64,000 nt of DNA from Octopus vulgaris (Eukaryota): NCBI GenBank assembly GCA_951406725.2, contig OX597833.1:36332001-36396000 (forward strand), read 5' to 3'. The translations under genes were made by a program, and so were the position numbers. Under the pieces are notes generated by a model. It was not told where the DNA came from and searched no databases. It saw nothing but the letters and a program-made list of their open reading frames with translations. Positions within the stretch are counted from its first letter, which is position 1. Every line of letters starts with the position of its first letter. Below, piece after piece: positions 53,590-64,000 of this stretch.

Positions 53590-54870
53590 CAAGGTGGTAT
53601 CAAAAGGTTTCCGGCGCGGGAGTGGCTGTGTGGTAAGTTGCTTGCTTACCAACCACATGGTTCCGGGTTCAGTCCCACTGCGTGGCACCTTCGGCCAGTG
53701 TCTTCCACTATAGTTTTGGGCCGATCAAAGCCTTGTGAGTGGATTTGGTAGACGGAAACTGAAAGAAGCCCGTTGTATATATGTGTATATATATATATAT
53801 ATGTGTGTATTTGTGTGTCTGTATTTGTCCCCACCAACATCGCTTGACAACCGATGCTGGTATGTTTAGGTCTCCGTAACTTAGCGGTTCGGTAAAAGAG
53901 ACCGATAGAATACTAGGCTTGCAAAGAATAAATATTGGGGTCGATTTGCTCGATAAAGGCGATGCTCCAACACAGCCGCAGTCAAATGACTGAAACAAGT
54001 AAAAGAGTAAAAGAATAAAAGAGGACTGGTTAATAAAAATTCACTTATTTACCTATATTTCAACTTCATCCTCTTCGAAATAGTCACCTCGTGTAGTAAT
54101 ACACTGTCCCAGTGTTCCTGCCACTTATGGAATCCGGTCTGGAAGTCGTTTTCTGTAAGCGGGTTGTGGACCTTCTGCGATTCGCTCTTGCTCTTGTCCA
54201 CGGTGTTAAAACGGTGACCTTTGAGTTGCATTTTCATCTTTGTGAAGAGATGGAAGTCCGCAGGTGCTAAATCTGGTGAATTGGGCGGGTGCGGAAGCTT
54301 TACCGTGTTGTTTTGGGTGATAAACTCAGAAGTGAGAAGAGTTCGTCGTGAAGAATCAATTCTTGGCGCTCCACAAATCTGGTCGCCTTCACCGAATGTT
54401 CTTCCTTAAACGCTTCAAGTCGTCACAGAAGAACTCTCAACTGACGGTTTGGCCCTGAGGGTGGAGGACGAATTCTAGATGCACAATACCACATTTGCGG
54501 CGGTGACGCTCGTGGCAGATCTTCCAGATCGCTTATCGTCTTCCAGGGATTTTCCCCCGCTTTTTGGAAACATTGAGTACGACCCGCAGCTCCGTCCCTG
54601 TAAGCTTGCCGAAGTCTGCTCAATGTCTCTGTGGCAGACTTCTAAAGTTTAACGCAAAATTGCACGTTGTCCATGACAAAATCGCAGACTACAGTATACA
54701 CGTAATCACAAAAACACAAATTTCACAACTTGCAAAATAAACACAGCGATGTTACTCGACACACTGCCTCATGAAGGTCCCTACTAGCTCTCATTGCACA
54801 CGCAAGTGTGTGCTGTCATTCGTTGGCGTGTTACAAAACTATAGTCCGGGAACTTTTTGATATCACCTCG
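53590..54870 (-). mobile_element. Internally deleted mariner transposon
   Basis: TIRs TA|CAAGGTGGTATCAAAAGGTTTCCGG and CCGGGAACTTTTTGATATCACCTCG|TA; MKMQLKGHRF..FQTGFHKWQEHW. Confidence 0.85.
53613..54024 (+). mobile_element. SINE family A inserted at the inner edge of a mariner TIR
   Basis: Full head-to-tail copy splitting TTCCGG|ACTG. Confidence 0.9.
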
Positions 54871-55327
54871 TATATTTTAGTGTACATTTCTAAAAGTTTA
54901 TGTCTGTATAAACGTACACAGAAACATACTTACACATATATGTATGCATACACTGAAACTAATATGCAAAACCACATCAGGTGAAACAATCAGTGTGTAC
55001 GTCTAAGAGATGAACCAATAACAACGAGAGGGAATGAAAACCAAGTAAACGTGTAAGCAGCGAGTTGAATCCGCCATCGCACAGGCTTATGATACATGAT
55101 CCTCTGCTTCGATTACGTTCAATAATGAAAACGAATTTGTTTAGGAACCGTTTCGTTTAGCATCAAGGGAATTTTGTTATTCAGTAACCATACAATGCAG
55201 TAACACGCACGTGTGCGTGCCCCATACATGCACATATGTTATATATACGCAGACACATACATACATGTATGTATGTATGTATGTATGTATGTATGTATGT
55301 ATGTATGTATGTATGTATGTATGTATG

Positions 55328-55366
<39 letters not shown>

Positions 55367-55386
55367 ATATGTATGCATGTATATAT

Positions 55387-55435
<49 letters not shown>

Positions 55436-55470
55436 ACAGATATATATGTAAGTATGTATATGTATATGTG

Positions 55471-55519
<49 letters not shown>

Positions 55520-56195
55520 TTAGAAATATTATGCACACACACATACACACACAATCACTCGCACACAAACACGACGCACATATTTTTGTATAGTATGTAT
55601 GCACTTGATTGCTACATGTCACACGATGAGTAATCTTGGAAGTATATTTTCACCACCATGAATAATATTAGGAAAGATTGCATATATACAATAATTATTA
55701 TTTAACTTTCAACAAATTTGCCGTTTTCCTTGCCGTCTTTTTTTTTTTTTTTTGCAAATGCGTAATTTCGAGTTCGTTTTCTTGTTAAGTTTCTCCCATT
55801 TTGTAGTTTCATGAAAAAAGTAGCCCAACGGAGAAACTGGTTTCTAACAAAGAGGCAAAAAATTCCATCATTAGATTTTAAATATCAGTTTCGTTGATTG
55901 TGAAATTTTCAACATTTACGAAATTCTTGCACATCTTTATTGCTCTACTTACAGATGGTGTCTATGAAGTTTGTTAGGCGGTCTCTTTTCTTTGTTGCAA
56001 ATCCTAACTTACTCAGGTTTGCGTTGAGATATTCTCTAACATAACCGTGTGCACTAGTGGTTAATGGTTTAAATATGAATTTATAATCAAGTAAACAAGT
56101 TGCAGATTTCCTAGTAGTTGTTCATAAACAGTCTCCTGCTTGCTGATTCTGGAAGAAATTTTCATATCTGCTGAATATGTACATATTCATTTGTG

Positions 56196-56241
<46 letters not shown>

Positions 56242-56606
56242 CATATGTTAATGTATATATGTGTACACTATCAGAAATAATTATTGATTTGCTCTTCACT
56301 CATATGTGCTGTCACCTAGTATATCTCGAACTATTGCTTTGTTGCGAGTTCACTATATATATTTGAGAGTCTACATACATACATACATACACCATACTAA
56401 GTTTTCTCATCGCGTAAGACGTTTTGAACAGCTCATATTAATTGATTTATATGTAGAAATTTGAGAAGTGCTATTAATTTCTGACAAGGTATGTACACAA
56501 GTACGCATGTATGGATATATGTGTATATGCTTGCGTAAAATACATGATGTATACTGATATTCTATACTGACACATGTCTGTAATGTCTGGATGAATTGAG
56601 TTTATA

Positions 56607-56656
<50 letters not shown>

Positions 56657-57031
56657 GAAAATGTATTATTGAAAATGCACCTAAACTTCAGAAACTCGTA
56701 AATGTTTAAAATACATATAGATATATATAAATATATATATATGTATAGGATGTATGTGTGTGTGTATGTGAGTGTATACATGTGTGTATGTATGTATGTA
56801 TGTATGTATGTATGTATGTATGTATGTATGTATGTATATATGTATGCATGTATGTGTGTGTGTATGCATGCATGTATGTATCATACACGGTGTATATATC
56901 ATACACGGTGTATATATAAACTGATACATATATGTAAGTAAAAGGAAATTAATAATCCGCGTCAGACGATTATTTACTGGACCTGGGAGCAGATATTTAT
57001 AAAATTTATTGAAACAATTCATGAATTATGA

Positions 57032-57071
<40 letters not shown>

Positions 57072-57333
57072 AGGAAGGAAAGAAAGAAAGAAGGAAAGAA
57101 AGAAAGAAAGATAGGTAAGACGATTAATGAGACACTGAATGAGACACTGAAAGAGAAAGAGTTTGACGTCACTCAATAGTACTACTGCTATCAACAGCAT
57201 TGTTTTCTTCGCTTTTATTTGTTACTCTCTTAATGTGTGTATCTTATTCTTTCTCTCTCCCTTTCTGTCTTCTTTCACCCTCTTTCTCTTTCTCTCTTTC
57301 ACACATACACACATGCAAACATACACACGCGTG

Positions 57334-57366
<33 letters not shown>

Positions 57367-57404
57367 ACACACACACACACACACAAACACACAGAAACGC
57401 ACAT

Positions 57405-57481
57405 GTTTCTTTTGCCGAATCGCTAATATACATCAACGCAAACACATCAGCTCCAGTTGTCAAGCAGAGGTGGGTGACAGA

Positions 57482-57542
<61 letters not shown>

Positions 57543-57742
57543 GCGCGCACACGCACACGCACACACACACACATATATATAGGCGTAGGTGTGGCTGTGT
57601 GGTAAGAAGCTTGCTTCCCATTCTGGATTCTGGGTTCAGTCCCACTGCGCGACTACTTGGTCAAGTGTCTCCTACAAAATCTTCAGGCCGATCAAAGCCT
57701 TGTGAGTGGATTTGATAGACGAAAACTGAAAGAAGCCCGTTG
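57405..57742. mobile_element. Two divergent SINE family A fragments around (CA)n
   Basis: Minus 3' fragment 57405-57485; plus 5' half 57582-57742. Confidence 0.75.
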
Positions 57743-58060
57743 CATATATACATACATATGTGTGTGTTTGCATATACGCGTGTGTTGCATATATGCGTGT
57801 GAGTGAGGCCGTGTCTTCGTGTATATAGGTTTTGACAGCTACGAAAACAACTTAATCTATGTCGTAAGAGCTACAGGACAATACGTTGTGGGTGAGTAAG
57901 TTTATCTGTGATAAGTGATAATGTTTTCTAATATATTTTTCCATTGATACTTTTAGGAATTCTTACATACTGTTCAAGCGAGCATGAATTTTGCTTCAAC
58001 TTATGGAAACGAACATACAAGCATACACACACACATACATTCACACACGCACACACTCAC

Positions 58061-58145
<85 letters not shown>

Positions 58146-58368
58146 CACACACGCACACACACCACACACATACACCACAGACAAACACACAGAAAGAGAG
58201 AAAGACAGACAGCTACGCAAATAGTCGAATACAGACATGTACATTCATATAATGTACGTACGTACGTATGTATGTGTATGTGTGTGTGTTTGTGTAACTA
58301 CATATATGTATATATACGTGTGTGTGTGTATATATATATACAAGTACGTATATAAATATATACATGTA

Positions 58369-58416
<48 letters not shown>

Positions 58417-58434
58417 TACGTATATAAATATATA

Positions 58435-58471
<37 letters not shown>

Positions 58472-58533
58472 ATAAATAAATTTTACGCAATGCATGCTTG
58501 AACACATATACATCGTATACATACAGAAACATA

Positions 58534-58572
<39 letters not shown>

Positions 58573-58818
58573 AATATAAGAGAGTTACCGCTAAGTGAAT
58601 ATATATATATATATATATATATAAATATATATATATTATATATATATATATATTATATATATATATATATAATATATATATTATATATGTATACATTTAT
58701 ATATACATCTATATATACATTTATATATATGTATGTATGTATGTATTATATTTCTGTATGTATGTAATGTATATGTGTGCGCTTGTGTGCAAGCATGCAT
58801 TGCGTAAGATTTATTTAT
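58472..58818. repeat. Fold-back inverted repeat around a TA-rich spacer
   Basis: ATAAATAAATTTTACGCAATGCATGCTTGAACACA matches the reverse complement of 58784-58818 at 33 of 35. Confidence 0.88.
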
Positions 58819-59231
58819 CTCGAAAGTCTATTGGCGAGCTCATTCGTCTGGTATCGTTCCTTTTCATGATTTGAAATCAAAGAGATTAAACCATTCCTCT
58901 ATCGATATACCGATACTTTACTTTGCTTTTGATTTGCCTTTTTTTCTTCTTTTTGTTTTTCAATTTATTCTTAGTTGGCCATGGTATGGGGCGGGGGGGG
59001 GGGGAGTTCGTCAACTTATGCCAACACTGGCTTGAAAGAGCTTTGTTACGTGTTTCTTTTTTTAGGTTTTGCTTTTCTTGTTTTTTCTTTTTTTTTGTTG
59101 TTGATTTTAAATCTTTTTCCTTGTATGTAAGTCAGATGAGTAAGGCTACGTGATGTGATGGAAGAAGAGCTGTGTGTTCCGCCTCCGGTGTCGTTCATCC
59201 GTTGAACTTTCTAGAAAAACAAAAAGCAAAA

Positions 59232-59232
59232 A

Positions 59233-59268
<36 letters not shown>

Positions 59269-59735
59269 CTTCTTCTTCTTCTTCTTCTTCTTCTTCTTCT
59301 TCTTCTTCTTCTTCTTTTTCTTTTTCTTTTTCTTTTCTTCTTCTTCATATTATTATTATTATTGTTGTTGTTATTGTTGTTGTTGGGTTGTTGATGTTCT
59401 TGTTCTAGCTATCTTCATCCTCATCGTCGTCGTCGTCATCACATTCACCATCATCATCATCATTCTCATCCTCATCCTCCTCATCCTCTTCCTCGTCATC
59501 ATAGTCATCATCATAATCATCAACGTCATCATCGTCGTCATCATCATCGTCATCATCATCATCATCATCATCGTCATCATCGTCGTCATCATCATCGTCA
59601 TCATCATCATCGTCATCATCATCATCATCATCATCATCACCATCATCATCACCATCATCATCATCATCATCATCATAGTCATCGTCATCGTCATCATCGT
59701 CGTCGTCTTCCTCGTCGACATCATCATCATCATCA
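59232..59735. repeat. Compound (TTG)/(TTC)/(ATC)/(GTC) microsatellite
   Basis: Directly visible. Confidence 0.96.
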
Positions 59736-59741
59736 AATACT

Positions 59742-60115
59742 AGACTGACAGAACTGTTAAAGCGTCGTAAACTAATTCCTTGCGTTATTCATTCTGACTT
59801 TTAACGTTCTGATTTCAAATCTCACCGATGTCTTCTTCTATGATTCCATCCTTCAGGGTTCGATAAAGTAAAGTGCCAGTCAAACATTTGTGTCAATGTT
59901 TTCGACTAATCTCTTCCCCCTCAGAACTACTGGTCTTACACCCTGGTGAGATGCCAGAACCGTTACTGCGCCAGGCGGCATTCTTTCTGATGCCTCCGGG
60001 TCGACTTTTATCAACCTTTCGGGGTTGATGAAATAGGTACCAGTTGAACACTGGGGTCGATTTAATCGACTAATCTTTCTCTCCCAGAATTGATGGCTTT
60101 GTGCCTATAGTTGAA
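59742..60115 (+). mobile_element. Two degenerate SINE family B copies
   Basis: TTCCATCCTTCAGGGTTCGATAAAG and CTTTCGGGGTTGATGAAATAGGTACCAG..CTTTGTGCCTATAG. Confidence 0.7.
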
Positions 60116-60125
60116 TTATTATCAT

Positions 60126-61364
60126 TAGGTCGTCAAGTATGAAATTTGTAGTAAGGTTTTTGGTAAACTTTGACAGCTGCTCATTTTGCGCCATTATTAT
60201 ATTTTGACAATATTTTTTGTTAGAAAGCTGTCACATCTATTTCCTTATTCTAACTCATTTTGCACTTTATAAAGTATTTATAAATCGTTTTTTGCTATTT
60301 TTGTTTAGAGATGGATAAATCGGAAATCCGTACAGTTTTGAAATATGAGTTCTTTCTTGGAAATACAGCATCACAGTCAGCTCGGATTATAAATGGAATA
60401 TTTCATTCTAATGTTATTACACAGCTGACAGTATCAAATCGGTTTGCAAAATTTCGTTCTGGTAACTTTGAACTCACAAATGATCAACGCGGTCGACCAG
60501 AAACAAAGGTGGATAATGACGAACTGAAAGCTACCGTCAAGTCAGATCCACCTCAAAGTGTCCGTGAATTATCGTTTATATTTGGTATTAGCAAGCAAAC
60601 AATATTGACTCACCTAGTTCAAATCATTAAACGGAAAAGTTGAATAACTGAGTTCCACATAAACTCAATGAAAATCAGAAGCAGCAACGTTTGGAAGCAT
60701 TCATTATGCTACTTTCTCGCCACAAAAGTGAATCATTTTTTAATCGAATTGTAACATGTGATGAGAAATGCACCCAATCCAACAACAAAGACGAGTCACC
60801 AAAACACAGTCCAAAATGCAAAATTCATCAAAAAAGCTGATGGTGTGTGTTTGTTGGTCTAGCGCAGGTGTGATCCATTATAACTTCAATAAACCTGGCT
60901 CATCAATCATGGCCGAAGTACACTGCAGCCAATTGGACCAAATGATGCAGAAACGGACAAAAAAAAAAAGAAAGAAAAGAAAACAGCCTAGATTAGTAAA
61001 CAGATCCACTCCAATTTTATTGCAAGACAACGCCAGACCACACTTCGCAAAAATGACATTGGCGAAACTGCAGGAGTTGGAGTTTGAAGTTCTCCATCAT
61101 CCACCATACTCACCTGATCTTGCTCCCACTGACTACCACTTCTTCCAGAATTTGGACAACTTTTTTGTAGAGAAAAAATTTAATTACAATGATGCTGTGA
61201 AACAGGCCTTCCAAGAGTTTATTGGCTCTAGTTTGCCAGGCTTTTACGGTTCCGGGTTAGACAAGCTACCGTTGAAATGGCAAAAGTGTATTGACAATAT
61301 GGGTGCATACTTTGATGAATATATTTACTTAATTTGTCAAATTCCTTTACGAGTATATTTTTAG
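60126..61364 (+). mobile_element. Mariner (DD34D) transposon with disrupted transposase
   Basis: ORFs 60311-60643 (HTH) and 60768-61364; IVTCDEK, LLQDNARPH, YSPDLAPTD with 34 residues between the last two Asp; stop in the WVPHEL motif; right TIR not seen. Confidence 0.93.
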
Positions 61365-61426
61365 CTGTGGGAACACTTACATCTATTAATCTACAAGTAT
61401 TTTCTTCTCTCTCTCTTTAATAATAA

Positions 61427-61557
61427 TGTCTGGTTGGTCATCCTTGATCGTTCTGTCAGTGTTGATTGGAATATCCCAAGGAATAGTGACATTTTTACCT
61501 TCAACGACTGGCTCAGGATGATGTTCATATCAGTAAGCAGGAGTACAGATTTTGTAA
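61427..61557 (-). pseudogene. Older, divergent R4/Dong-type LINE fragment
   Basis: YEHHPEPVVEGKNVTIPWDIPINTDRTIKDDQPD, homologous to WYRHTPEKVTENEKATILWDMPIHTDREIKANRPD in the adjacent element. Confidence 0.75.
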
Positions 61558-61571
61558 TCATCATCATATTA

Positions 61572-64000
<2,429 letters not shown>

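Noticed and set aside
60311-61364. SETMAR-like domesticated gene
   Set aside because: No SET domain; stops and frameshifts indicate a dead mariner copy

Overview
Eukaryotic, AT-rich, repeat-saturated window with no recognisable host protein-coding exon. It is most consistent with intronic or intergenic DNA of an octopus (coleoid cephalopod); that is inferred from the tRNA-derived SINEs and the extreme microsatellite density. Almost all ORF-track entries are translations of simple repeats. The real coding remnants are all transposon-derived: five mariner and one Tc1-like transposase remnants, a Helitron RepHel N-terminus, three Penelope RT/GIY-YIG fragments, a Tx1/L1 RT fragment, a NeSL/Hero-like fragment, and a near-intact R4/Dong LINE running off the right edge with two further fragments stacked in (TAA)n. 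Non-autonomous Helitrons, hAT/Tc1/piggyBac-like MITEs and more than 20 SINE copies or fragments are also present. The most notable signal is a set of sequence-unrelated type I hammerhead ribozyme motifs with a palindromic minimal stem III. One has a fully canonical core (46539-46631, minus); a mirrored pair sits in a 435-bp palindrome (48900-49335); several others are mutated. Many long fold-back palindromes also occur. All calls were made by eye; no alignment, folding or database search was run.
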